Positions 39,236 through 50,400 of a stretch of DNA of 64,000 nucleotides are shown one piece after another. Every line of letters begins with the position of its first letter. Position 1 is the stretch's first letter. This DNA is from Carcharhinus amblyrhynchos. Taxonomy: Eukaryota. The notes below the pieces were generated by a model. That model was given only the letters and a program-made list of their open reading frames with translations. It did not search any database and had not been told where the DNA came from. The DNA lies in NCBI GenBank assembly GCA_965287045.1, contig OZ336873.1, positions 75,392,001 through 75,456,000 of the forward strand, read 5' to 3'. The position numbers were made by a program, and so were the translations under genes.

Positions 39236-39570
39236 TACCATAGTTTGGCCAGTACCACTGTTTGGCCACAGTATGTTAACAGTGATGAGTCCATAACATG
39301 AACTACATTCATGAAACAAGTTGCTTTGTTTGGGTGCCAGTTAGGCTACCAGAACATAGTATTTTTTCACAAAGCCTTCATAATTGTACAGTCACCAGTA
39401 CAGAGATTTCCTGAAGTATTAGGACACCGAATGCATCATGCTAGTTTCCTGAGAGGTGCTAGTATACAACAGGTGGAAAAGAGGTTTCTATAGAGATTAT
39501 AGGATATGGCAGCTCAATAGTTATCCTACAATGGCAAGTTGTGAAGTTGAAATCAATAAATGTTATAGTA

Positions 39571-39704
39571 AAAGCAAATTACTGTGGATGCTGAAATCTG
39601 AAACCGAAAGAGAAAATCTCAGCAGGTCTCGCAACATCTGTAAGGAGACAAAAGAGTTGATGTTTCAAGACCAGATGACCCTTTGTCAAAGCTTTGACAA
39701 AGGG
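39571..39704 (-). mobile_element. Second-family Penelope pLTR-derived insertion with a 13-bp TSD, terminal palindrome and U3-A8 hammerhead-like core
   Basis: TSD aaatgttatagta (39558-39570) and aaatgttgtagta (39705-39717). The minus strand reads agct-TTGACAA-a-gggtcatctggtctt-GAAA-ca-TC-aact. A perfect 26-bp palindrome lies at 39679-39704. Confidence 0.75.
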
Positions 39705-40969
39705 AAATGTTGTAGTATTTGGGCAAGTGCCAGGAAAAAGCCTTTGGATTGTTGTAAATCCTGTCTCCATCCCCAGCAAGGAATGGGATGGGCAACAAAT
39801 CTTGTCTTGGTGGTATTGTCCAAGATCTTCCCAAAACTAATCTTTTTAAAAGATTTGGTGCTGAGTTCTTTGTGATCCCATTAGTCATTTATATATCAGG
39901 AATTGTATACCAGCAGTATACTAGAAGCTTGTTTGTTTCTCAAGGTTTTGCCTATGATTTACCTGAAATTGACTGAAGACGGGAGTTCTTATGTTGGGAT
40001 GGCTCTGGTTGAATGTTGTGGATTACGCTGCGTGAAGATCTCTGTATCCCTCATTCATGGCTCCAAGGTTGTGCATACTTGCTGAAGTCAACTGATGTTC
40101 CAGCATGTTGTGTAGAGCTCAAGGCTCAAGTATCATTCATGGTAGCATTGCTCAGACATGTTGCAATTGGGCTTAGTGTCTTTGAGCATACAGTGACTCT
40201 CTCCTACTGATGATGCATGCTGTTCAATGATTGGCCAAAGAAATCACATGCTTCACTGCACTGCTCAGTTTAGTAGGGTCCACAACTGTAGCAAACCAAG
40301 TCTTTCTTATGTTCTGCCAAAAGACGATTGACTGCTGCATTTGCTCATGCCTTATGCCTGGCCTTCAGGTGGTTGGATGCATGACATAATCTAACAGGGT
40401 CTGTCATGAGAGTCTCATGCCTCCACTCAGCACCGACTAACCCTTTTTTTCAGCCTCTTTCTTCACTCCTTCCACATTCATGTGGAGTGACACACCAGAT
40501 AACTCCTTAATTTTGACAACATTTTGTATGTGGGCTGTTTTCCACTTCAAGTGATAAATGTTTGGGTAAGGTTCATTGGCTACAGGGTTTGTTTGCTCCT
40601 CATAAGATTTTTGGCATTCTACAATTGGGTGCAAAGGGCACATGAGAAATGAATTGGACAAGTAGGTGCCATGCAGATATCACACGTGGGATTCTCTAGC
40701 CACACTCGCCCCAAATCCACCCAAGGTCAATGCAGCTTTGTGTGATCCACCCTCCACCTGCTACAGTTCCCATGTGGACGGGATGGGAGAATTCCTCTCT
40801 ACACTGTTTATTTCCCAATTCAACAAGACCAATGTTTTAGATCTGCTGGAACACAAACCTTGGGACATCATCTCCTCTAGATGGTGTACCATTCATTGTT
40901 TCACACCCAGCTATCTAAAGAGTCCTAGCAGATCACCATTAAAACAGCATCTTTAATGATAATCCAGTC

Positions 40970-41097
40970 TAGCACTCCAATGTAGTACTGAAGATGTGTT
41001 GCCCTTTCAGGTGTCATTTTTCAGATGAGATGTTAAAAACAAAACGTTTTGGGACATTCTGAAGTCATGCAAGGTATGATATAAATACAAGTCTTTT
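40970..41097 (+). mobile_element. SacSINE1-like internally deleted fragment
   Basis: cactccaatgtagtactga...tttcagatgagatgttaaa is joined to the tail ttttgggacattctgaagtcatg..atataaatacaagtcttt. Confidence 0.55.
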
Positions 41098-42239
41098 GTT
41101 TTTGGTTCGAGCAATATCACTTACTACAAGGGATAAACCGCACCAAATCAGAAATGTCAGCAAAAACATTGCAAACCTTTTCGTCATATCAGGACAAATT
41201 GTTTCTGCCAATTCTCCTGAACTTGTTATCCTACCCAGGCACTTTGAAAACTTGCATTTGATTATGTTGCATCTTCACAGATGGAATAGTTGCTTTATGA
41301 GGTATTTTAAATTCAATTACAATCTTTGGAAATGGCAAGAAAATAAATCATCTGTGTGAGATGGTGACTTACTGCTCATTTTACATAAATCAGAACCATC
41401 ACATTTGGATTTTTAAGAAAATAATTAAACAGCTCAATCTCAGCAAGGCAGATTCATATTTTACTCTTTGTGAAACTCAAACAAGCATCAAAACTGAACC
41501 TTCTTGCATTCTATTTGAGATTAATCTACAAGCAATGTAAAAAGTTAGAGATTACTGTTGCTGATATCAGGAACTGAATGACTATCATGTTATTCATTAT
41601 TTTAAATGTGGTTTTAAATTGCCAGTTTAGATTGGTAAAGCTTTCATTTAAGTATTAGATGCACAACTGTCATACAAACGTTGTTTGCTTATAATTTCTT
41701 ATAATCTGCAATGAGTGAACTGGATGTTATAAGGAATTTTGCTCGGTAACCAGGATGAACTTTCGTAGTTCAGTTTGTTTTGATATCACCGTTATCACTG
41801 AAGAAGTATAATTTATAATCCATCAGTGATATTGCTAGTTGGTTCCAGCTATGGTGCTTTGAAGAATTTCCCTCATTGATACAGAACATCTGAAAGATTT
41901 GGAAGTGATATATATACTGAACATTTAACATACTCATGTGACATCCCTTTACCATATTCGTAAGGTGTTAGTTATCAAAAATAATTGAATTAAAAATGCA
42001 TTAAAATAGAGGATGAATGAACTATTATTCAAACTCACTCAGGATTTCTGAGAGAATATATGGGCTGATTGGTCCACTCTGGTTTCTTATTCCCTATGTT
42101 CCTATATCACTGACAATCATTTACCAACTTGGCAGCAACTGTTAGATTTTTCTTTCAAAAAGCAAAGGTAGCCAGACATGGATCAGGAAGGTGGCAAATG
42201 ATTGGAATTTGTAGTAGGGGGCTGAAGGCGCTAGTTTTG

Positions 42240-42390
42240 GGTTAAATGTTGGACAATCAGACTAATAATACTGAGAGAGTGAAGGGGTCGAGAGAGATGG
42301 CCTGGAGACAGACTTGGGTCTTATCAGCATGTATATGAAACTTCATGACATTTCTTTGTATGACGTTGCTGAAGGATAGGGCCAAGGGAG
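42240..42390 (-). mobile_element. L2-like LINE RT fragment
   Basis: The reverse of gacttgggtcttatcagcatgtatatgaaac gives FHIHADKTQV, a decayed FHxYADDTQL motif. Confidence 0.5.
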
Positions 42391-43029
42391 TTAAGAGTGC
42401 AATGCCTCCAGAGAGTTTGAGTAAAGCTTCGTTACAGTACTCCCACTCTGCACTGTGTACACAAACATTGAGGCAAAAAACCCACGATTAGGTTTTTGCT
42501 TCATCACTTAAATTAAATTAAAATTTATCCAATAAATTAAAAGTTCATATTCCCTCTACTTTTTTCCATCCAGCATTTTGGAAGGATGAAAAATGTGGAA
42601 AAGGGAACTTATATTCTTTTCAGCTGACTGAAGTATTTTCTTTATTTAAAACTGCTACGAAGTGTGAGAAAAACAGCTCAATCATTGCTTCACATTAATA
42701 AACATAATTAAGCAGAGGAAAACTGTACCTGTGAATTTGGAGAGGGGCTGGTTCTTAACTGGATGCTGAAAATCAGGGAGGCACAATGTCCCTGTAAATT
42801 CCCTGTAAATTCACTGAAGGGGGAGAAAACATCTGGGAACTGAAGATGAGAGTGTTGTGGTGAAAAGAGAATGGAATCCCAGGAGGGGCAATGACTAATG
42901 AGATAGTTCTTGGGGCATTCATTCTACATGCAGTTTTTTTGGATTTAGAAAAATCAAAATTATAAAGTAATGCACCAGTTCACTACTTTTAAAGTAAACT
43001 GTCTCTCACAGTAGGTGCGACCTTCTGGC

Positions 43030-43222
43030 TGATCATCGTGGTGGGATATTCTGGTCCTGCCGACAGCGCACCCGTACTGCATGTTTCCTGGTGGCGTGGG
43101 GTGGCTTCAATGGGAAATCCCATTGATAGTGGCAGGACCAGAAGATCTGCCTTTGGTCAATGGTATGTTGCTTCCCGCCGCTAAGAAAAATGCCATGGAG
43201 AGGCCAGCCAGAGAATCCCTGC
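43030..43222. mobile_element. Short MITE-like element
   Basis: Internal inverted repeat ttctggtcctgcc...ggcaggaccagaa around caatgggaaatcccattg. Confidence 0.5.
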
Positions 43223-44482
43223 AATTGTATACAAAAAGTGAATTGGGAAGAAGTTGTACAGGTATTTGGAAGTATGCACAGTTTAAAATGTCCCTGAGAT
43301 AACTTCACCTTTGCATTATTATTTGGAGATCTGTGCTAGCAACCCAAAACTTATCACATACTCCCTGGAAATGCCCTTGTGTTTTTAATGTATCGAATGT
43401 CTTTAGATCAATCATTCTTTAGCAATTCTACAAGATCAGCTGCGGCAGAATGATTAGATCAATGGCAGTAACTGGGCCCAAAAATCCTCTTACAAACACT
43501 TCATAACTTAGTAACACTTAATAACTTGCTAACTCTTAACTGACTAGCTTTTAACAATTTACCTTTTTGAATCTACCTGCTATTCATTACGGCTTCTCTC
43601 CCTGAATCTCCAACATGCTACCTCTCGTCCCAACTCCCCTGACTTGCAAGCCTCCCATCCTCCTTCACTCCCTCTCTCCTTGACCTGTTAATTCAATCTG
43701 AAGGCAGACGGTGAAGTAGGAAGTCAGGTACTAATCTTTTACTTACAGTAGATTTACTTACAAATTACAATATTACGCATATCTGCCTCCAACACCTACA
43801 AGTCTCTCTTTATTTGTGCTTAAGTTACTTAATTAATCAATACCATTCACTGTATATGCTTAACCTTAATGATATAGTCAACATAACTTTCCTTCTCGCT
43901 GGTCTACTGCCCCTGATCTCCCTCTTATCACTGCTTGCCACTGCTTTTTTCCAAACCCTCACTGGGAGGGTTGTGAGTGGGTCAGTTTGGGAGGGGAGTA
44001 AGGAGCAGGAGCATCAGGGAGGAAGCAGTGAACGGCAGAGAAGTGGAGGGCAGAAGAGGCCATGAAAGGAAGCCATGGTTGGGGGAAGGAAGAAGCAAAA
44101 GGGAGGGTTGGTGAGCGAATAGAACAGTTGGCGATGAGTAGAAGAGGCAGCAAGCAGGCCACAGGAAAAACAAATGTTGACATTGTTTTGGGCTCCAGGA
44201 ACTGACACAAGTGAATTCTAGCTGCTAATTCTGCCTGATTAATCATATCTGACTTAGCTTACATCCATTAATTTCCTCTTGTGCCAGTTCTTTGCTTGTG
44301 GACTAGACTGACAGTAAACCTCATTTAACCATCAGGTTATGTGCAGTAGTAATAGATAAATGCATAGCACTTGATGGATTGTTGAGTAACTGTGCAGCAT
44401 ATAGGGACTTTAACTCTCAGTCTCACACCTGAAGATCAAATATATTGAAGGTTATACCAAAGAAGCAGCAGTGCCACATTGG

Positions 44483-44972
44483 AATCATAGAATTAGGTAG
44501 CACTGATAGATGCCCTTCAGCTCATTATCATTTTCTGACATTTTGGTAGAGCTTCCCAATTAATCCTGTTCTCCTTTTCTTTTGCTAGAGCTCAGTAATT
44601 TTTTTTCTCCTTTAAGTATTCATCCAACTTTCTTCAGAATGTTACTGTTGAAGCCACTTCCACCACCCTTTCTGACATTCTAAATCACAATAACTGCTCT
44701 AAAAGATATTCCTTATGTTGTTTCTACTTCTTTTGCTAATTACCTGAAATCCATTTCTTCTCTTTACTGACCTTTCTGAGAACAGAAACAGTTTCTTCTT
44801 ATTTATTCTGAACACCTCTATCGAATTTCCTATTAATCTGTTCTACTTAAAAGAGAAAAACATCATCTTCTCCAGTCTCTGAACATAAATGAGTTCACTC
44901 ATCCCTGGTACTTTTCTAGCCTTTTGCACCATTTCTATAATGTTTTGACATCCTTCCTGAAGAGTGGTGCTT
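44483..44972 (-). mobile_element. Old CR1 3' fragment
   Basis: Reverse tail aatcatagaat and the minus frame EMVQKARKVPGMSELIYVQRLEK. Confidence 0.7.
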
Positions 44973-45656
44973 TGGCTTCTTTTGGGGCAACACAGCAGAG
45001 TGTGACTCTTATTCTGCTGTGTTGCCCTGAAAGGGACAATCACCACAGCTACTCAAAAATGAAGAACCTGTTTATGAAAAACTAATTTAGTTGAAGCAAA
45101 TATTGAGATGCTAACTGGTGACAAACTGTAGACAATGAATGTGACATGAAATTATGTCACATTTTAATTAACTGGGAAGTATTTTCCATTCATACTTTAT
45201 TAAAAAAGGATGTTCGAATATATAAACATTCTAAACACTCACTACAAAATACCCTAATAGATTGGAGCAAGTCTCCAGCTGCATTCAAATCAAACTGCAA
45301 AGAAATAAAGTACAAGATGAAACCCATGGCACTGAAAACTAATCTTTGGTTATATTAACTGCCAAACACCAAATACATTCTCACAAAATCACCTGCTACG
45401 CAAATGCAAACAGCAAAATTAACAGTTAAGCAAATAGGTTTCGACATGTGTGTTAAAATAGCAGACTGGTGAATATCATGCAAACCGTTCAAGCATTTGT
45501 CTGCTAAGATTGCCAGCAGGAGTGTGTCTGTTTCATTTTGATTCTCAAAATCAACATATGGTGCATGCAGAATATGTTGACGAAGCTCTTTGTGGTATGC
45601 CTTACGATTTTACTATGGTACAATTCACACAACCTGACAGCTGCTCATCAGCTAAG

Positions 45657-46123
45657 ATGCCGTACAGATTGAGAAAAACCAAGAAGTTGAGAGTGCATGT
45701 TAGCCAAAGTCATGGCCGTATTGGCAAACACAGAAAGCATCTTGGTGGCTGTGGCTGGTGCTATGCATCATCACAGAATCAACTATGATAAATATCATCT
45801 AGGTTACTTTGGAAAAGTTGGTATGAGACATTACCATCTAAAGAAGAATCAGTTGATCTGTCCAATCAGAAATCTGAATAAGCCGTGGACGCTGGTCTGT
45901 GAGCAGACCAGATTGAACTATGGAAAGAAACCTGAAGGACAGCACCTGTTACTAGTGTTGGGCCCACTGATTGTTATAAAGCTCTGGGCAAAGGAAGACT
46001 GCCAAAAGAGCCAGTCATTGTCAGGTCAAAGTTATTCAGCAGGAAACCTGAAGTCAAGATCAAGGAAGTTGGTTGAGCCTGTGTATTGATGATATAAATT
46101 CTATAATTGGGTGTACAAATAAA
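45657..46123 (+). pseudogene. RPL27A: Processed (intronless) pseudogene of 60S ribosomal protein L27a
   Basis: ATG at 45657 gives [28 protein letters not shown], then after a frameshift [30 protein letters not shown], then after another frameshift [39 protein letters not shown] (TAA 46095-46097). AATAAA lies at 46118-46123. There are no introns, two frameshifts and a premature TGA. Confidence 0.93.
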
Positions 46124-46132
46124 ATACCAAGT

Positions 46133-46437
46133 CACAGTGGCACAGCGATGGGCACAGTGGTTCGCACTGCTGTCTCACAGCACCTGGGACCTGGGTTCAA
46201 TTCCAGCCTCAGGTGACTGTGTGGAGTTTGTATGTTTTCCCCGTCTGCATAGGTTTTGCCGGATGCTCCAGTTTGCGCCCACACTCCAAGATGTGCGGGT
46301 TAGATTGGTTGGCCATGCTAAATTGTCTCTTAGTGTCAGGGGGATTAATAGGGTAAATATGTGGAGTTACAGGGACAGGGTGGGATTGTTGTCGGTGCAG
46401 ACTTGATGGGTCGAATGGCCTTCTGTGAGATTCTATA
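46133..46437 (+). mobile_element. HE1/V-SINE directly abutting the RPL27A retrocopy
   Basis: Has a ggcacagtggttcgcactgctg...ctgggttcaattcc head, the V-core and a gattctat tail. Confidence 0.87.
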
Positions 46438-46574
46438 AAGTCAGTATACTCTTCATAATTTCTCATCTATATACAAGAATAAATTTGACAAAGAAAATAA
46501 AACCTGTGGCTGTTTAAGCTTCCAGTCACTGTCTTAATTGCTGAATATAATTTATTGGAATGGAACATTTTTAC

Positions 46575-46646
46575 CTGTTCATTTCTTCCAAGCAGTCAGT
46601 TGCAAAGTAGAAGCTCTTAATTTTTGGATGGCAAGCCTTGAAGGCG
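46575..46646 (-). CDS. CNKSR2: Next internal coding exon (72 bp) of the CNKSR2-type gene, PH domain C-terminal part
   Basis: Minus strand reads tttctctgaag|CGCCTTCAAGGCT...GAAATGAACAG|gtaaaa. A phase-2 junction (TA+C = Tyr) joins the previous exon in frame to give (Y)[23 protein letters not shown](R), versus CNKSR2 [25 protein letters not shown]. The intervening intron is 704 bp. Confidence 0.9.
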
Positions 46647-47350
46647 CTTCAGAGAAACAAAACATAGAAGTCATGTCACACAGATCAGCTGACAGGAACT
46701 TCATTATTCTTAGAATGCAATCTTCAATGGAACTGTATCGGTCTTTATTGTAATTCTAACTTTGTGAGACGGTGTAAAATGGTACATTGTGAGTGGCTGC
46801 TCATTTTATATCCCTTTCCACTTTCATTTCCACTGACATCAATGAGGGGAGATTTAAAATGTGCTGATGACTCACTTTAGACAATCACACAAAGTCAGTA
46901 GTGGCCTCTCTGTGCTTAGAAATATCCAATATTTTTTGCTGTTTAATTTTAAATGAACAAATGATTCAGAACTAAAAGGAGTTATCAGTTGCACCTTACA
47001 GTCTCATGAACAGAAAGCACAAAGCTGGGTGCCATCTTATGGTAACCAAAAGTAAATTTTGTGTGCTGCTGCAAAGCTGTGCCAGACTGTGATTGCATAT
47101 TGAGCAATCCCGGGGCACAAAGCTTTTTATTCATTTTTGATCTTTTTATTCATTTACCATAAAGGGCAGGAAACCAGGGTTTGCAACTCCCAATCACAAA
47201 AGGTATGCTCCCGGATGGCAAGGTTCAGCGTTGCAAGCATACAATTCGGAAATGTACCTTTAGATGTTCAACACTCAGCAGATGATTCCCTTTCTTTACA
47301 CAGTTTATTTCTGACAAATTGCATAAGCAAATCACCAGATTAACACTTAC

Positions 47351-47424
47351 TATTTCCGTCTGCATTCAATAGCCCTGTCTATCCTGAACTCCGGCAAACT
47401 GATGAATCCTTCTGCCTTTTCATC
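47351..47424 (-). CDS. CNKSR2: Internal coding exon (74 bp) of a CNKSR2-type gene (connector enhancer of KSR), PH domain
   Basis: Minus strand reads cttccttgacag|GATGAAAAGGCAGAAGGATTC...AGACGGAAATA|gtaagt, with a canonical acceptor and donor. Translation [24 protein letters not shown](Y) closely matches the CNKSR2 PH segment [25 protein letters not shown] (recalled). Orthologue versus close paralogue is not resolved. Confidence 0.9.
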
Positions 47425-47984
47425 CTGTCAAGGAAGCACAAGAGTCCAGAGATAAGGAAAATTTATTCTGATATTTTAAATGAAGTTTTCTGGTTTTAAA
47501 GGTTCTTGGGATGCAAAATATGTCAATTTATTCTGAGGTAAAATTCTAATCCATTTAGATTTTGATGAAACTGGGGATTAGTAGAGCTTTATTTCCCTGT
47601 CTCTAAAGTGGCTCTGATTAAACCATAAACTCTTCCAGTCATGAGACTGAATTCAAACCTTGTGTTTTTGTGTGACAGAGAGCTTAAATTTTAGAATTAC
47701 TGATCCCAAAACAATTAATTCCATTTTAGAATTGTGATCTTTCTCATGTCAAATAGATGCTCTCTGTGCCATCCGTCGACAAACTGCATGCAGGTTAATT
47801 CAGGACTAAGCTAAAAATAAAGACATCCCTTGGTTGCTGAATAACACCATTAAAATTTTAATCCTTTCACCTTGACAGTTACTTGACAGTCTACTTATGC
47901 TTCAACTACCTCATTTCTCTGCAGTGAAAATTATCAGTGAACTGTGAAAGCGTGTATCCAGATAAATTACATGATACTGTTACA

Positions 47985-48462
47985 TAGCATTTACAAGTAG
48001 AAAGAGTCCATTTGGGTCCAATGGGTCTATGCCTATCCTGGCTGTTCATCATATGAATCTTATGAGATAATATGAATCTTATGAGATAATATGAATCTTC
48101 TGCATCCAAGCCTATCAATATAGCCTTTGGTATCTTTATCCCTCCTGTCTTGATCCAGCTTCCTCTTAAATACTTCCAAAATAGCCACTTCATCTATTCC
48201 TTATGGTGGTAAGTTCCACATCTTAAAACCAGGCTCTGGGTAACAAAGTTTCTCCTAAATTCCCTATTGAATTTATTCATGACTATCTGACACTTATGAT
48301 CTTTTGTTCTGGTCTTCCCTCAAATAGCAGCCTCTCCACATCCACTACTTCTCAATATTAAAGACTTCTATCGGGTCATCTCGCAGCCTTTTTTCTAGAA
48401 AAATGAGCCTTTCTGTTTAATCTTTCTTGACAGGTATAACCACTTAGTTTTAGTGTCATTCA
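47985..48462 (-). mobile_element. Old CR1 3' fragment containing a 21-bp tandem duplication
   Basis: Reverse CR1 3' UTR motifs, with atatgaatcttatgagataat repeated about 2.5 times at 48051-48100. Confidence 0.6.
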
Positions 48463-48465
48463 TGG

Positions 48466-48748
48466 GAGTCACAGAATCTCTAAACTGCAGAAGGAAGCCA
48501 TTCGGTCCATTGAGTAACCCCACACATTTACCCCACTATTCCTCCTAACCAACACATCTTGGGACACTAAAAGACAATTTAGCATGGCCAATCCACCTAA
48601 CCTGCACATTTTTGGATTTGGGAGGAAACTGGAGCACTGGAGGAAACCAACACAAATACGAGAAGAATGTGCAAACTCCACACAGACATCTAAGGCTGGA
48701 AATGAACCTGGGTCTCTGCCGCTGTGCGGCAGCACTGCTAACTACAGT
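48466..48748 (-). mobile_element. HE1/V-SINE
   Basis: Contains the reverse core tttagcatggccaatccacctaacctgcac...gggaggaaactggagcac. Confidence 0.87.
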
Positions 48749-48771
48749 ATCATTGCGCTGCCCCGAGGTTG

Positions 48772-49105
48772 GAGTCATTGTGGTATTGTCACTGGACCAG
48801 TATTCCAGAAACCCAGGACAATGCTCTGGCGACCTAGATCTGAATCTCATCATGGCAGATGGTGAAATTTGAATCCAATAAATATCTGGAATTTAAAAGT
48901 TTAATGATGACCATGAAACTATTGTTGTAAAAACCCATCTAGTTTAATAAGGAATTTTAGGGAAGGAAATCTACTGTCTTTACCTGATCTGGCCTACATG
49001 TAACTCCAAACCTCCAGCAATATGGTTGACTAATAAATACCATTTGAAAAAGGGCAATTAACAATGGCCTAGCCTAGTGATGTCCACATCCCAAGAACAA
49101 ATTTT
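48772..49105 (+). mobile_element. SINE whose body equals the 5' region, and whose tail resembles the 3' end, of the second LINE family
   Basis: A decayed tRNA-like head (gtggtattgtcactggac...tgaatctc) is followed by gaaatttgaatccaataaa..ctggaatt..gatgaccatgaaac..aaaacccatct..agggaaggaa..ctggcctacatg..tggttgact (as at 61556-61740), then a gggcaatt..ggcctagcc..ccacatccca tail. Confidence 0.7.
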
Positions 49106-49504
49106 TTAAAATTAAAATAATCCATTTGTGTACGTTTTTTCATGTCCCCCTCTCATTTTATAGTATGGAAAACAGAATTGTTCACAATATGAAGAGTGTG
49201 GTAAAAACAAGGTTTATTCAAATTTACCAAACAGGGCATCGATTAGTTGCAAGGATTGTAATTCATGATCCCGTTCTGGTTCCGCTGAAGGTGGAGACTC
49301 CTCACCATGACTTCGGAGTGCAGCCCAATGTAACCCATGCTGTTGGGTAAGTATGTGAGATGAACATATGTTCCAGCAACCTTCAGCTCTTAAAGAGGCA
49401 GACTGTCCCTATGAAAGGGAAGTTACTATACCGGAACACACTAATCTACAAACAAGTGCAGCAGAAATATTCAAAGTGAAGGGGAATAAAATGCCTTCTC
49501 AAGA

Positions 49505-50400
49505 GTCAGTGGGTCTCCAAGGTCACTGATAATGTTCTGGAAGCTTTAGTTATGGAGGTGGATAGAAGGACCAAAGGAGGAAATGGGAGCAGGTGGCAAG
49601 GAGGTCAACTCGCAAGAAGTATAATAATCCCAGATATTCAATCAAGGTCAGTGAAGGCATCTTCACAGCACATCTCACACCCACAAAACCACCAGCATAC
49701 TATACTGCCCAGTGCACTGCAGTTCCATCGCTCACTCATAACTGACATTCACATACTGTATCCCATCCAAGCTAATCTTCCAAAGCTGCCACCCATCTCA
49801 CTGTCTCTGCAGATGTTTGACAATTCAGCTATGGTTGGTGCATTACACAATAGTACCACACAACTACTGACATTCTGCCCTCTCTCTTATAGGAGAAGGG
49901 CACCAACATTGGGAGGAAGCAACACAGGATTGGGAAGGGTGGGACTGGTGGTGCAGGGTTGAAGGTAATACCATAATTACAAGCCTAGCCCTAACAAAGG
50001 AGATGATGCTTTGCATCATAAGTCTGGCAGTAGCAGAGCCCTTGGCATCCAAGAGCATTAAGAATTACAGAGAATTATGTCCCTATTTCCCTTCTCAACT
50101 CACTAGTCATCTGCATAGATTCAAATCAGCAGATTGTGTGATCTTAGACCTCCTGCTTTCCCACCCAACCCCCTTCCTCACTCCAACTTTTGCTTTTATG
50201 TGTTCAGATACCCAAAGTTTGCTGCCTGGCCAACCTCAACACTGCCAGGAGGAAGAGAAAGAGGAAACCCATGCCCATGACAAGGCAGTCAATGGATCTC
50301 ACCATCCCAATCACCAGCTCGGATATCAGCACTGTGTGTAGCTTTGAGGCTAGAATAGAGGCAGGATTGGCACATGGCAATAGGTATGAGTGCTGTGCAG
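49505..50400 (+). mobile_element. Harbinger-type Myb/SANT-like gene remnant with retained introns
   Basis: Encodes DNVLEALVMEVDRR..KWEQVARR..RKKYNN. Donor aag|gtcagt at 49647, acceptor ctctcttatag| at 49892 and a further acceptor ttatgtgttcag| at 50207. Homologous to 36600-37200. Confidence 0.55.

Noticed and set aside
39250-40430. Possible ancient non-LTR element around the 39571 insertion
   Set aside because: The composition is suggestive, but I could not recover a convincing protein motif.
41770-41890. Possible downstream CNKSR exon (acceptor tctttcag)
   Set aside because: No frame resembles the expected WLNRI.. sequence and all close quickly.
48051-48100. 21-bp tandem repeats here and at about 54971-55008 as a CRISPR-like or functional array
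   Set aside because: There are only 2-2.5 units, no spacers, and they lie inside decayed CR1s. These are ordinary slippage duplications.
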